From an uncultured Candidatus Actinomarina sp. (GTDB taxonomy: Bacteria; Actinomycetota; Acidimicrobiia; Actinomarinales; Actinomarinaceae), in the NCBI GenBank assembly GCA_902599555.1, contig CACKFQ010000003.1, positions 64,607-128,606 of the forward strand: 64,000 nt of DNA, read 5' to 3'. Under the pieces are notes generated by a model. It was given only the letters and a program-made list of their open reading frames with translations, did no database searches and was not told the origin of the DNA. Made by a program: the position numbers and the translations under genes. This document shows, piece after piece, positions 47,239 through 57,634 of this stretch. Each line of letters starts with the position of its first letter. The stretch's first letter is position 1.

Positions 47239-48765
47239 TTAATCCTTTATTCCAGCCATATATAAACCCATTTGTTGCTGATCTACATCTTTAGGGTTTA
47301 CCCATTCAACTATTTCACCCTCATAAATAACTGCTACTCTATCTGCGACTGACATAACCTCATCTAATTCTGCGGAAACTAATAAAACTGCTTTTCCAGA
47401 ATCCCTAATCTCAACAAGTTGTTTATGAATTGCTTCTATATTTCCTATATCAACTCCTCGAGTTGGTTGAGATGCTATTGTCAAAAGTGGATCTTCTGAG
47501 AGTTCCCTAGCAATAACAACTTTTTGTTGGTTCCCGCCAGATAAAGATCCTGTTCTTACAAAAACTCCAGGTGTTCTAATATCAAATTTTTCCCTTAAAT
47601 TATTACTATGGTCAACTACGTTTTTCATACTAATAATTCCACCCTTAGAAAGAGGGCTTCTGAAATATGAGGTTCCGACTAAATTTTCCCAAATATCTAA
47701 TTTCAAGTTGAGTCCAGTATTAGCCCTGTCCTCTGGAACATGTGCCAAGCCAGCTCTTCGTCTTTTTCGTGGAGAAATAGATTCTATGTTTTTACCATCA
47801 AAAATAACCTCACCTTTACTTGTTGGTCTTAAGCCTGACAAGGCTTCAACTAGTTCTGTTTGACCATTTCCATCAACACCTGCAATTCCAACAATTTCAC
47901 CTTTATGAACATCTAAAGATAAGTTTTTGACAGCAAGCAATCCTCTTGAATCATGTACCCATAAATTTTTTACTTCTAAGACTTTTTCAGTAGGTTTTGC
48001 TTCTTCTTTTTCAACTTGCATAAATACTTCACGTCCTACCATTAATTTTGCTAATTCTTCAGGAGAAGTGTCTTTTGTATTGGAGACTCCTTGAACTTTT
48101 CCGTCTCTCATGACTGTTACTCTGTCAGAAATTTCCATAACTTCTCTTAACTTATGGGTAATAAAAATTACTGTTTTACCTTCATCAACAAGACTTCTGA
48201 TGACTTCAAATAATTCATCGGTCTCTTGGGGTGTAAGCACTGCGGTTGGTTCATCTAAAATTAAAATGTTTGCGTTTCTATATAAAGTTTTTAGAATTTC
48301 AGTTCTTTGTTGAATACCTACAGAAGCGTCTATCATTCTAAGTTTTGGATCAACATCTAATCCATACTTTTTTGCAATATTTGAAACTTCAGAATTTAAT
48401 TCATCCCAATCAATAAAACCTCTTGAATTTCTTGGCTCTTGGCCTAATCCAATGTTTTCTGCAGCAGTAAAAGATGGCACTAAATGAAACTCTTGATGAA
48501 CCATGCCTATGCCAAGCTCTATCGCTTTATCTACTTTGTTTATCTCAACCGGTTTATCATTTATAAATATTTCGCCTGAATCGGGTTGTTCAATTCCATA
48601 TAAAATTTTTACGAGAGTTGATTTTCCAGCTCCATTTTCTCCAACTAGAGCGTGTATCTCACCTTTTAAGACCTTGAAATCTACAGAATCATTAGCAGTA
48701 ACTCCCGGATAGGATTTTGTTATATTTTTTACTTCTACTGCTGTTTCTATATTGTTTTGAGTCAT
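47239..48765 (-). CDS. nucleoside/sugar ABC transporter ATP-binding protein with duplicated ATPase domains
   Basis: 508 aa. First NBD: GENGAGKST, ILILDEPTAVL. Second NBD: degenerate Walker A GVDGNGQTE, LSGGNQQKVVIAR. Confidence 0.88.
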   Translation of the reverse strand: MTQNNIETAVEVKNITKSYPGVTANDSVDFKVLKGEIHALVGENGAGKSTLVKILYGIEQPDSGEIFINDKPVEINKVDKAIELGIGMVHQEFHLVPSFTAAENIGLGQEPRNSRGFIDWDELNSEVSNIAKKYGLDVDPKLRMIDASVGIQQRTEILKTLYRNANILILDEPTAVLTPQETDELFEVIRSLVDEGKTVIFITHKLREVMEISDRVTVMRDGKVQGVSNTKDTSPEELAKLMVGREVFMQVEKEEAKPTEKVLEVKNLWVHDSRGLLAVKNLSLDVHKGEIVGIAGVDGNGQTELVEALSGLRPTSKGEVIFDGKNIESISPRKRRRAGLAHVPEDRANTGLNLKLDIWENLVGTSYFRSPLSKGGIISMKNVVDHSNNLREKFDIRTPGVFVRTGSLSGGNQQKVVIARELSEDPLLTIASQPTRGVDIGNIEAIHKQLVEIRDSGKAVLLVSAELDEVMSVADRVAVIYEGEIVEWVNPKDVDQQQMGLYMAGIKD

Positions 48766-48780
48766 GATATATGTCTTATA

Positions 48781-48812
48781 TTTTCTAGCCCGAAAGAAAT
48801 CGGGCTAGAAAA
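48781..48812 (-). other. intercistronic stem-loop after the BMP SBP gene
   Basis: 13-bp stem ttttctagcccga (48781-93) / tcgggctagaaaa (48800-12), loop aagaaa. No free U-tract on the minus-strand RNA, so it is more likely a stabiliser/attenuator than a full terminator. Confidence 0.55.
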
Positions 48813-48826
48813 TAAATTTTTATATA

Positions 48827-49951
48827 TTAGCCACCAGCTGTAACGTCGGTAACTACAATTTCACCAGATACAATCTTAGCTCTAACTTCTGCAACTTCTT
48901 CAACAAGCGCATCAATCTCAGCTGCCATGTCTGGATTTTGTTCTTTGAAGAGATTTGTTCCATCAACAAGCCATGTTGATCCAACAAAATTTTCTGCTAA
49001 TCCATAGCTATCAATTGAGCTAAATACTTGTCCATTAGCTGCAATTGTGTCTTGGATAACTTTATAAACTGATTTATCAACACCCTTCATCATTGATGTA
49101 ATCATTGTTCCTGGTTGAATATAGTCTTGATTTGAATCAACACCTACTGCATAATTACCAGTTTCTGCTGCTGCTTCGTATGCTCCATCACCTGTAGCAC
49201 CACCAGCGGCGAAAATTACGTCAGCACCTTGTTCAAAGCAACTGAGCCCAATTTCTTTACCTTTTGCAGGGTCTCCCCAGCTTCCAGCATAACCTGCGCA
49301 GAATTCAACATTAGGATTTGCGTATCTAGCACCTTCTTCCCAACCAGTTTGGAATTTTCTAATGATTGGAACGTCCATTCCTCCCATGAAAGCTACCTTT
49401 CCAGTTTTAGAAAGTTTTGCAGCAATATAACCTACCTCAAAAGAACCTTCATGTTCTTTGAATATAATATTTGCCACATTAGGCAATAGATTTCCGTCAT
49501 CATCAGTAACAACCATATCTACAATTGCAAACTGAATATCTGGGTTAGCAAGAGCCGCTTCTTTAATTCTCTCTGCTTCAGAAAAGCTAATTCCAATAAT
49601 TAATTCTTTTCCGTCAGCAATGAGATTTTGATAAGCTGCTGCTCTTTCAGATTCTTCGGCTTCAATAAAGTCGCCGTCAATTCCTAATTCAGCAAGTGCT
49701 TGATCGAAGCCTCTTTTCGCTGAGTCCATAAATGAACGGTCACCTAAAGCTCCAAGTACTATACCTACTTTTAACGCTTCTGCTTCTGGCTCTTCTGCAG
49801 GTGCTGCAGTAGTAGCTGGAGAATCAAGAGTCTCTTGTTCTGCTGCTGGTTCTGCAACCTCTTCAGTAGTTGTTTCTGAGCTGCCACCACAGGCAGACAA
49901 AATCAACATTAATGACAGAAGTACAAAAACGGATTTCTTTTTAGTAATCAT
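48827..49951 (-). CDS. BMP-family (Med/PnrA-like) nucleoside-binding ABC lipoprotein
   Basis: Signal plus lipobox LMLILSAC, acidic T/E/P linker, then KVGIVLGALGDRSFMDSA..., GVDSNQD typical of the Bmp/PnrA family. Confidence 0.85.
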   Translation of the reverse strand: MITKKKSVFVLLSLMLILSACGGSSETTTEEVAEPAAEQETLDSPATTAAPAEEPEAEALKVGIVLGALGDRSFMDSAKRGFDQALAELGIDGDFIEAEESERAAAYQNLIADGKELIIGISFSEAERIKEAALANPDIQFAIVDMVVTDDDGNLLPNVANIIFKEHEGSFEVGYIAAKLSKTGKVAFMGGMDVPIIRKFQTGWEEGARYANPNVEFCAGYAGSWGDPAKGKEIGLSCFEQGADVIFAAGGATGDGAYEAAAETGNYAVGVDSNQDYIQPGTMITSMMKGVDKSVYKVIQDTIAANGQVFSSIDSYGLAENFVGSTWLVDGTNLFKEQNPDMAAEIDALVEEVAEVRAKIVSGEIVVTDVTAGG

Positions 49952-50042
49952 TAATTTACTCCTTCATTATTTAAATAATGATTTAATAATTCTATCTGAA
50001 ATTGTTAAAAGTGTCTTATTGATTGAAGGTAAATATTTACTT

Positions 50043-50975
50043 TTATGGGAGAAGTTTTGAGGTATTTGTTATTATATTAAACAACTTTTCATCATCTACT
50101 TTGTTCATCCAGTGGACGTTTTTATTTCTTCCAGAAATATGATTAATATCAACCACTGTTTGGCCTAGTGTTAATTCTGAATCAACCTCAACTTCGACAT
50201 TGGTAACTTCTCCAGTAGTTAAAGAGCTATCGACTAAATAAGCGGTTACAAATGCATCATGTACGGGAGTTCCGTCTGGAAACTTTTGTTTAACTATTTC
50301 TAAATCAGCTAAGGACCCCATTAATCCAACAAGATATTCTCCAGTAGTAGTACCTGTTTCATGAATTGTATTCAGTCTTTCACTTGTAGAAATTGCTTGA
50401 TGTGTAACATCTAATCCCATCATTACCAATTTTGCACTTGAACTTAATACAACTTTTGCTGCTTCCGGATCAACCAAAATATTAAACTCTGCCACAGGTG
50501 TATGATTTCCAAAACCTGCTCCTCCTCCCATAAAAATAATTTGATCTATGTTTTCAGCTAACTCAGGGTTAGCGCTTAAAACTTTTCCAATGTTTGTCAT
50601 TGGGCCAAGAACACAAATGGTAATTTTCTCATCACTATTTTTTAGTAATTCAGTTATGTAATCTACTGCTCCTATAGATTCTTCGCTTTTTGTAGGTTCA
50701 GGAAACCCAACTCCATTTAATCCATCTGTTCCGTGAACCCATTCTGCTGTGAGTAAATCTCTATTTAAGGGCTCCGATTCTCCTTTGTAAACTGGGATAC
50801 TGTTTCTATTGGCATGTTCGAGAATTCTAAGAGCATTTCGTGTTCCAACATCTACACCAACATTTCCTCCAACTGTAGTTATTGCGAGTAATTCCTCATC
50901 CGTAAAGTGTGCTAAAGCAATGAGAATTGCTACGGCGTCATCAGTACCTGGGTCGGTATCGATAATGAATTTCAT
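50043..50975 (-). CDS. nucleoside hydrolase (IUNH family)
   Basis: N-terminal fingerprint MKFIIDTDPGTDDAVAILIAL (DxDxxxDD), 310 aa. Confidence 0.9.
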   Translation of the reverse strand: MKFIIDTDPGTDDAVAILIALAHFTDEELLAITTVGGNVGVDVGTRNALRILEHANRNSIPVYKGESEPLNRDLLTAEWVHGTDGLNGVGFPEPTKSEESIGAVDYITELLKNSDEKITICVLGPMTNIGKVLSANPELAENIDQIIFMGGGAGFGNHTPVAEFNILVDPEAAKVVLSSSAKLVMMGLDVTHQAISTSERLNTIHETGTTTGEYLVGLMGSLADLEIVKQKFPDGTPVHDAFVTAYLVDSSLTTGEVTNVEVEVDSELTLGQTVVDINHISGRNKNVHWMNKVDDEKLFNIITNTSKLLP

Positions 50976-50993
50976 TTAATTAGTGTAGTATTT

Positions 50994-53474
50994 TTATGAT
51001 TCAGATTCTACAAAATCTACAGGTGGTTCATCTGGAGCTTCTACTGACTCAAACTCTAAAGTGTTTTCTTCTGAATTTAGAGAAATAATAATTGTTGAAC
51101 CAGCTTTATATTTGCCTTGAAGAAGTTCTTCTGAAAGAGGGTCCTCAAGCAACCTTTGTATAGACCTTCTTAGAGGTCTAGCTCCAAATTCTCTGTCATA
51201 TCCTTCTGTAGCCAAAAATTCTTTAGCTTCATCAGAGAGTACAATTTCAATATCAGAATTTTTAAGTTGGGTGTGAACTCGATCAAGCATTAAATCAACT
51301 ATTTCTTTAACTTCATCAATTGTAAGTTCATGAAATACAATTGTTTCATCAATTCTATTTAAAAACTCCGGTCTAAAGTATCTTTTAAGCTCTTCACCGA
51401 CTTTTGATTTCATCTTTTCGTAATTATCAATTTCACTCAAACTACTAAATCCAACATTTTTGGCAATATCTTTGGTTCCTAAATTTGAAGTCATGATAAT
51501 TATTGTGTTCTTAAAATCAACTGTTCTACCTTGTGCATCTGTAAGTCGTCCATCTTCTAGAATTTGGAGAAGTGTATTAAATACGTCAGGATGAGCTTTT
51601 TCCACTTCGTCAAGAAGAACAATACTGAAAGGTTTTCTTCTTACAGCTTCAGTGAGTTGGCCTCCTTCATCATAACCAACATAACCCGGAGGTGAGCCAA
51701 TTAATCTACTTACTGTGTGCTTTTCCATATATTCAGACATGTCTATCTGAATTAATGAATCTTCATCGCCAAAAAGAAACTCTGCTAAAGCTTTTGCAGT
51801 CTCAGTTTTACCAACACCAGATGGTCCTAAAAATATAAATGAACCAGATGGTCTTTTTGGATCTTTTAATCCAGACCTTGTTCTTCTAATAGCTTTTGAA
51901 ACTGCCGCAATTGCTTCATTTTGACCAATAATTCTCTTATGTAGCTCGATTTCCATTTCTAACAATCTAGCTGTCTCTTCTTGGGTTAATCTATGAACTG
52001 GTATGCCTGTCCATTGAGCTAAAACTTCTGCAATTTCTTCTTCATCAATTACCATTTCAATTTCTGAAGCAGATGCTGAGTCTATAGTGTTTACTTCATC
52101 AAGTAATAGTTTTTCCTGATCTCTTATTTGAGCTGCTTTCTCAAACAATTGAGATTGAACAGCATCAATTTTTTGCTCTCTTAAATTCTTAAGTTTGTCA
52201 GCTATTTCTTGTTTATCTTGATCAAGAGGTTTCTTGTAAACTCTCATGCGACTACCTGCTTCATCAATCAAGTCAATAGCTTTGTCAGGTAAGAATCTAT
52301 CAGATATGTATCTGTCTGCCATATTGACAGCAGAAGCGATAGCTTGATCTGTAAACCTGACTCCGTGGTGGACCTCATATCTATCTTTCAATCCATCTAA
52401 GATTTCTATAGCATCTGAGAGTTTTGGCTCATCAACTTGTACGGACTGGAATCTTCTTTCAAGTGCAGCATCCTTTTCAAAATGCTTTCTAAATTCTTCT
52501 AGTGTTGTGGCACCTATTGTCTGAAGTTCGCCCCTTGCTAACATTGGCTTTAAAATTGACGCAGCATCAATCGCTCCTTCAGCAGCTCCGGCACCTACAA
52601 GTGTGTGTATTTCATCTATAAATAAAACAATGTCACCTCTTGTTTTTATTTCCTTTAAGACTTTCTTTAGACGTTCTTCGAAGTCACCCCTGTATCTTGA
52701 TCCTGCTACTAAAGCAGATAAGTCAAGTGTATAAATTTGTTTACCTTCAAGAGTTGCTGGAACGTCACCTGAAACGATTTTTTGAGCTAAACCTTCAACA
52801 ATCGCAGTTTTACCAACTCCTGGCTCGCCAATTAATACTGGATTGTTCTTTGTTCTTCTAGATAGTATTTGCATAACTCTTTCAATCTCTGTTGTTCTGC
52901 CAATAACAGGGTCCAGCTTTCCTTCTTTTGCCATTCTTGTAAGATTTCGTCCAAATTGATCTAAGATAGCTGAACCTGTTCCTGAACCAGGTCTTTCCCT
53001 ACCTCCTGTAGATGCAGCTTGTTGCTTTTTGCTTTCACCTGCAGATGAAATTAATTTGATCACTGTTTGTCTAACTTGAGATAGTTCAGCACCTAATTTT
53101 TTTAAAACTTGAGCAGCAACCCCTTCTCCTTCACGAATCAATCCGAGAAGTATATGTTCTGTTCCTATGTAATTATGTCCTAGTTGTAAGGCCTCTCGTA
53201 GTGAAAGTTCTAAAACTTTTTTTGCTCTAGGAGTAAAAGGAATATGCCCGCTCGGTGATTGTTGGCCTTCTCCAATAATTTCAACAACTTCTGACCTAAC
53301 GCTGTCAATATTGATATTTAATTCTTCCAAAGCTTTTGCAGCATGGCCTTCGCCTTCTTGAATTAAACCAAGAAGTATATGTTCTGTGCCAATGTAATTA
53401 TGATTGAGTCTTCTAGCTTCTTCCTGCGCTAAAACTACGACCCTTCTGGCTCTATCAGTAAATCTTTCAAACAT
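50994..53474 (-). CDS. clpC: ATP-dependent Clp protease ATP-binding subunit ClpC
   Basis: [37 protein letters not shown] (duplicated Clp-N repeat), two AAA+ modules ([18 protein letters not shown]), UVR-like middle domain. Confidence 0.95.
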   Translation of the reverse strand: MFERFTDRARRVVVLAQEEARRLNHNYIGTEHILLGLIQEGEGHAAKALEELNINIDSVRSEVVEIIGEGQQSPSGHIPFTPRAKKVLELSLREALQLGHNYIGTEHILLGLIREGEGVAAQVLKKLGAELSQVRQTVIKLISSAGESKKQQAASTGGRERPGSGTGSAILDQFGRNLTRMAKEGKLDPVIGRTTEIERVMQILSRRTKNNPVLIGEPGVGKTAIVEGLAQKIVSGDVPATLEGKQIYTLDLSALVAGSRYRGDFEERLKKVLKEIKTRGDIVLFIDEIHTLVGAGAAEGAIDAASILKPMLARGELQTIGATTLEEFRKHFEKDAALERRFQSVQVDEPKLSDAIEILDGLKDRYEVHHGVRFTDQAIASAVNMADRYISDRFLPDKAIDLIDEAGSRMRVYKKPLDQDKQEIADKLKNLREQKIDAVQSQLFEKAAQIRDQEKLLLDEVNTIDSASASEIEMVIDEEEIAEVLAQWTGIPVHRLTQEETARLLEMEIELHKRIIGQNEAIAAVSKAIRRTRSGLKDPKRPSGSFIFLGPSGVGKTETAKALAEFLFGDEDSLIQIDMSEYMEKHTVSRLIGSPPGYVGYDEGGQLTEAVRRKPFSIVLLDEVEKAHPDVFNTLLQILEDGRLTDAQGRTVDFKNTIIIMTSNLGTKDIAKNVGFSSLSEIDNYEKMKSKVGEELKRYFRPEFLNRIDETIVFHELTIDEVKEIVDLMLDRVHTQLKNSDIEIVLSDEAKEFLATEGYDREFGARPLRRSIQRLLEDPLSEELLQGKYKAGSTIIISLNSEENTLEFESVEAPDEPPVDFVESES

Positions 53475-53553
53475 ATAGTTATATTACCAAGGGTCTGTTT
53501 ATACACTTAAATGAAAATTACAACTATTTATACATTTACTTTATTCTTTAGTT

Positions 53554-54537
53554 ATGGAAAGCAATGAAATCAAAAAAATTATTCCTTTCGATGATATTTG
53601 GGATAACTTAAATGTACTAGAAGAAAGACTATTAGAAATTTCTAGCTCTTCAAATGATTACCTTACATCAATTTCTCAATATCTTATAAACGCCGGAGGA
53701 AAAAGATTTCGACCAATCGTTACCTCGCTTGCTGGAAAGTTTGGAAATGAAATTGAAAATATTGGCAAAATTATAGACGCTGGTGTTTGTGTAGAACTAA
53801 TTCACATTGGGAGTTTATATCATGACGATGTAATGGATAATGCTACAACAAGAAGGGGTGTTGAAAGTTCAAACTCAAAATGGAACTCTACCCTTTCAAT
53901 ACTTGCAGGAGATTATTTACTTGCGAGATCTTCTGAGCTTGCAGCTGAAAGTTTAGGATTAGAATCTGTCAAACTGTTGGCATCAACTTATGCAGAATTA
54001 GTTGAAGGTCAAACTAAAGAGTTAAATTTAGCTTTTGACCTTGATCAAAATATTGATGATTACTTAACAGTTATTGAAGGAAAAACTGCAAGCCTTATTA
54101 GAACAAGTGCAAGACTTGGTTCTCTTGCTAGTTCAGCAGATCGTGAGATTATTGATGCCTTGAGCAATTGGGGTTGGAACTGTGGAATAATTTTTCAAAT
54201 ATCTGATGATATATTAGATTTAACTTCTGACTCGCAAACGTTGGGAAAGCCTGCAGGTAATGATATTTTAGAAGGAACTTACACATTACCGGTCTTAATT
54301 GCATTGAATAAAGACAAAGGTAAGTACCAGGAACTCTTGACTGAAATAAAAGAAGAGAAAATTGATGTTAAAAATGTGCTTGATGAATTTACTACAAAGG
54401 AAATAATTGACGACTCAAAAGAAATAATCAACGGCTACTTAAATGAGAGTGTAGAGGCGATATTTACTCTCAAAAATCATGAACTATTTCCAGTTCTAGA
54501 AAACATTAACAATTATCTTATTAATCGAACAAATTAA
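53554..54537 (+). CDS. trans-polyprenyl diphosphate synthase (chain length not determinable)
   Basis: First Asp-rich motif LIHIGSLYHDDVMDNATTRRG and second motif FQISDDILD. Confidence 0.85.
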   Translation: MESNEIKKIIPFDDIWDNLNVLEERLLEISSSSNDYLTSISQYLINAGGKRFRPIVTSLAGKFGNEIENIGKIIDAGVCVELIHIGSLYHDDVMDNATTRRGVESSNSKWNSTLSILAGDYLLARSSELAAESLGLESVKLLASTYAELVEGQTKELNLAFDLDQNIDDYLTVIEGKTASLIRTSARLGSLASSADREIIDALSNWGWNCGIIFQISDDILDLTSDSQTLGKPAGNDILEGTYTLPVLIALNKDKGKYQELLTEIKEEKIDVKNVLDEFTTKEIIDDSKEIINGYLNESVEAIFTLKNHELFPVLENINNYLINRTN

Positions 54538-56015
54538 TTTTCAGGTTTTAAATGTGGAAAGGCAATAACTTCTCTAATTGATTCATTGTTTGTAAGCATC
54601 ATTACAAATCTATCTACACCAAAACCAAGACCACCAGTTGGAGGAAGCCCATACTCCAAAGCTTCAATGTAATCATTGTCTTCCACATGTGCCTCTTCAT
54701 CTCCCTCAGCTTTTTTTTGGGCTTGATCTTTTAATCTTGCCTCTTGATCAATTGGATCTATGAGTTCGGAAAAACCATTGGCTAATTCACTACCAAAAGC
54801 AAATAGTTCAAACCTTTCAGTCACTCCGTTCTTTTCTTTACTTTCCCTAGCAAATGGTGAGGCTTCTTTGGGGTAGTCTGTTACAAATGTAGGATTTACA
54901 ATATTGTCTTCAATGTATTTTTCAAACAAATCGTAAACTAACATTCCTGTAGTTTTAGATTCATTCTCAATCTTATGTTTTGTTAAAAACTCTTCTTTGA
55001 TTTGTTTTAAATCTGAATTATGTTTGATTTCAACATCAAAATGTTCACTTACCAAATCAAACATACTTATTCGTTTCCAAGGAAAACTAAAATCTGCTTC
55101 TTTTTCAGTAAATTCTATCTTTAAATCGTGATTTAATTGACTTAATATGTACTCGCACATCTTTTCAACCATATCCATTACACCATTTACATCTGTGTAG
55201 GCTTCGTAACTTTCCATCATCGTAAACTCAGGTGAGTGCGTTTGGTCAATGCCTTCATTTCTAAAAACTTTTCCAACTTCAAAAACTTTTTCATAACCAC
55301 CAATAATTAATCTTTTTAAATATAGCTCAGGAGCAATTCGAAGAAACATGTCAATACTCATTGCGTTATGGTGTGTCACAAAAGGTTTGGCAATGGCGCC
55401 TCCTGCTTTTGGCTGGAGTGTAGGGGTCTCAACTTCAATAAAACCATTACTAACCATAAACTCTCTTATTAATTTGAGAACTTTAAATCTCGTATCTATG
55501 GTTTTCTTTGCATCATCATTTACGATTAAATCAAGATACCTTTGTCTAAATCTAGTTTCTTTATCTTTCAATCCATGCCACTTTTCAGGAAGTGTTCTTA
55601 AAGATTTGCTCAAAACTATTAAATTGGAAATTTTTAACGAAAGCTCTCCCTTTTTTGTTTTCATTATGCTTCCAGAAGTACCTACTATGTCTCCTACATC
55701 CATTAATTCAATGTGTTCTTCTAATTTCTCATCTAAATCATCTTTAGAAGCAAGTAATTGTATTTTGCCAGTTGAGTCTTTTACATCTATAAATGTTAAT
55801 TTTCCAAAAGACCTAATACTAAGTACTCGACCTCTCACAGCAACGCTAATATCTGTTTGTTCTCCATTGTCTAGACTTTGATGGTTGGCATGAATGTCGC
55901 TTATAAAACTTGTATTTTTAAAGTATGTTGGAAAAGACTCTGTTCGTTTCAATTTTTCAACCTTCTTACGTCTAAGGTCATATATTTCTTTTTCAGATTT
56001 TGATAATTCGCTCAC
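54534..56015 (-). CDS. lysS: lysine--tRNA ligase (class II)
   Basis: OB-fold N-domain, class II motifs FRNEGIDQTHSPEFTMME and GLGFGVDRFVM. Confidence 0.95.
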   Translation of the reverse strand: MSELSKSEKEIYDLRRKKVEKLKRTESFPTYFKNTSFISDIHANHQSLDNGEQTDISVAVRGRVLSIRSFGKLTFIDVKDSTGKIQLLASKDDLDEKLEEHIELMDVGDIVGTSGSIMKTKKGELSLKISNLIVLSKSLRTLPEKWHGLKDKETRFRQRYLDLIVNDDAKKTIDTRFKVLKLIREFMVSNGFIEVETPTLQPKAGGAIAKPFVTHHNAMSIDMFLRIAPELYLKRLIIGGYEKVFEVGKVFRNEGIDQTHSPEFTMMESYEAYTDVNGVMDMVEKMCEYILSQLNHDLKIEFTEKEADFSFPWKRISMFDLVSEHFDVEIKHNSDLKQIKEEFLTKHKIENESKTTGMLVYDLFEKYIEDNIVNPTFVTDYPKEASPFARESKEKNGVTERFELFAFGSELANGFSELIDPIDQEARLKDQAQKKAEGDEEAHVEDNDYIEALEYGLPPTGGLGFGVDRFVMMLTNNESIREVIAFPHLKPEN

Positions 56016-56024
56016 ATTTATATC

Positions 56025-56792
56025 CTAATTATTTAAGTTAAATATTTCTTCTAACCCAACTAATGTTAGATTCTCTTCATACTGTGCATTTAAATTAAGT
56101 GCAGGCTGAATAATTGGACTTAAACCTCCAGTTAGAATAATTTTTGGTTTTGTTCCCAATTCTTGCAAAAGTCTCTCGATCATAGAATCTATCATAGATG
56201 CGTGCCCAAAGATTAACCCGCTCTGAATAGCTTCATAAGTATTTTTACCTACAACTTTTTTTGGAAGGTCTAACTCAACAGATTTCAAAGAAGCGGTCTT
56301 CGATGTTAAAGCGTCAAGGCTAATCTTTATGCCCGGTGCAATAGCTCCGCCTAGATACTCTTTTTTATTGTTTACAACATCAAAAGTAGTTGCTGTCCCT
56401 AAATCAACAATTACAACGTCTGACTCGGCAATTTTATAACCAGCAACTGAATTTGCTATCCTGTCAGGTCCTAATTCTTTTGGATTATCAATATTTACTT
56501 TTAAACCTGTTTTAATACCAGGCCCCACAACGATAGGTGGGAAATCTAAATATTTCTCAATTGCTTGAACCATATTATTAGTTACTTGAGGAACAACTGA
56601 GCAGACTATAGAACCTGCTAATCCATTTCTTTTGTCATCTATTAGGTTAAAAGTGGAGTTAAAAAGTGCCAACAATTCATCTGGAGTATTTGCATCTCTA
56701 GTGGTAAACCTATAAGAATCCCAGCCATCCTTGTTTCCTATTCCAACTGTTGTTTCAGTATTTCCAATATCAATTGCTATTATTTTTTTCAT
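56025..56792 (-). CDS. coaX: type III pantothenate kinase
   Basis: IAIDIGNTETTVG, DLGTATTFD, GGLS motifs of the ASKHA-fold CoaX. Confidence 0.9.
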   Translation of the reverse strand: MKKIIAIDIGNTETTVGIGNKDGWDSYRFTTRDANTPDELLALFNSTFNLIDDKRNGLAGSIVCSVVPQVTNNMVQAIEKYLDFPPIVVGPGIKTGLKVNIDNPKELGPDRIANSVAGYKIAESDVVIVDLGTATTFDVVNNKKEYLGGAIAPGIKISLDALTSKTASLKSVELDLPKKVVGKNTYEAIQSGLIFGHASMIDSMIERLLQELGTKPKIILTGGLSPIIQPALNLNAQYEENLTLVGLEEIFNLNN

Positions 56793-57607
56793 ATTTCTAT
56801 ATCAATGTTGTCTATCAGCCTTACATTTTCAACATAAGCTGCAGTTAATAACTTTAATTTCTTTGAGTATTTATTTGGATAATTAAAATTTTCTTCATCC
56901 ACTATTTCAAGATAGTCCAAATCTATTTTATTTTGGTTAAATGAATTAATCCCTAGTTCAACAGATTCTTTAAAACTTTTACCTAAATTTATTTCTTTAG
57001 CCACTTTTTGTAAAGATTTAAAAATATTTGCTGCAATTAATTTAGCATCTTGTGATAAATGCTTATTTCGGCTACTCAAAGCAAGGCCATTTATATCTCG
57101 AAATATTTCGCCTTCTATTATTTCAATATCTAAATCAAGCCGATTAACCATGTCCTTAATTAAAAATAATTGTTGCGCATCTTTTTTCCCAAACACAGCA
57201 TGGCTAGGCTTTATTAAATCAAACAGTCTATTTACAACAGTTAAAACTCCCTCGAAATGGCCAGGCCTTGAAGCTCCCTCAAGAATAGAACCCACTTTAC
57301 CAGGAGCAATAGAAGGGACTCCTTCACTAGGATAAATGTAGCTTTCCTGAGGGAGAAAAATAAAATCAACACCTCTACTTTTCAAAAAATGAATATCTTG
57401 TTCATGCTCGATAGGATAATTTTTGAAATCGTCATCATTATTGAATTGTTTTCTATTTAGAAATATGGACACCAAAGTTTTTAAATTTGTTTCTTTTCCA
57501 ATATCTACAAGTGACAGGTGGCCTTCATGTATTGCTCCCATTGTGGGAATAAAACATATGTTTTCAGACAGGATGTCATCGTTTATTGTATTTATCACTT
57601 TTGTCAT
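56789..57607 (-). CDS. panC: pantoate--beta-alanine ligase
   Basis: IPTMGAIHEGHLSL (HIGH-like), FGKKDAQQL, SSRN. Confidence 0.93.
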   Translation of the reverse strand: MTKVINTINDDILSENICFIPTMGAIHEGHLSLVDIGKETNLKTLVSIFLNRKQFNNDDDFKNYPIEHEQDIHFLKSRGVDFIFLPQESYIYPSEGVPSIAPGKVGSILEGASRPGHFEGVLTVVNRLFDLIKPSHAVFGKKDAQQLFLIKDMVNRLDLDIEIIEGEIFRDINGLALSSRNKHLSQDAKLIAANIFKSLQKVAKEINLGKSFKESVELGINSFNQNKIDLDYLEIVDEENFNYPNKYSKKLKLLTAAYVENVRLIDNIDIEI

Positions 57608-57634
57608 TATCGTGCCCTAAAATGGTGCCCGTAC

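Noticed and set aside
55348-55881. 177-aa ORF antisense to lysS. Similar long antisense ORFs occur at 35747-36121, 46893-47294, 30306-30638, 18936-19247, 61964-62326 and 61367-61657.
   Set aside because: All lie entirely inside strongly supported genes on the other strand. In the lysS case, stops in that antisense frame need specific codon-pair contexts (NNT/C-TAN, NNT-CAN), so one such stop-free run among about 60 genes is expected by chance. There is no SD and no recognisable protein features, only low-complexity Ser/Leu/Phe-rich translations.
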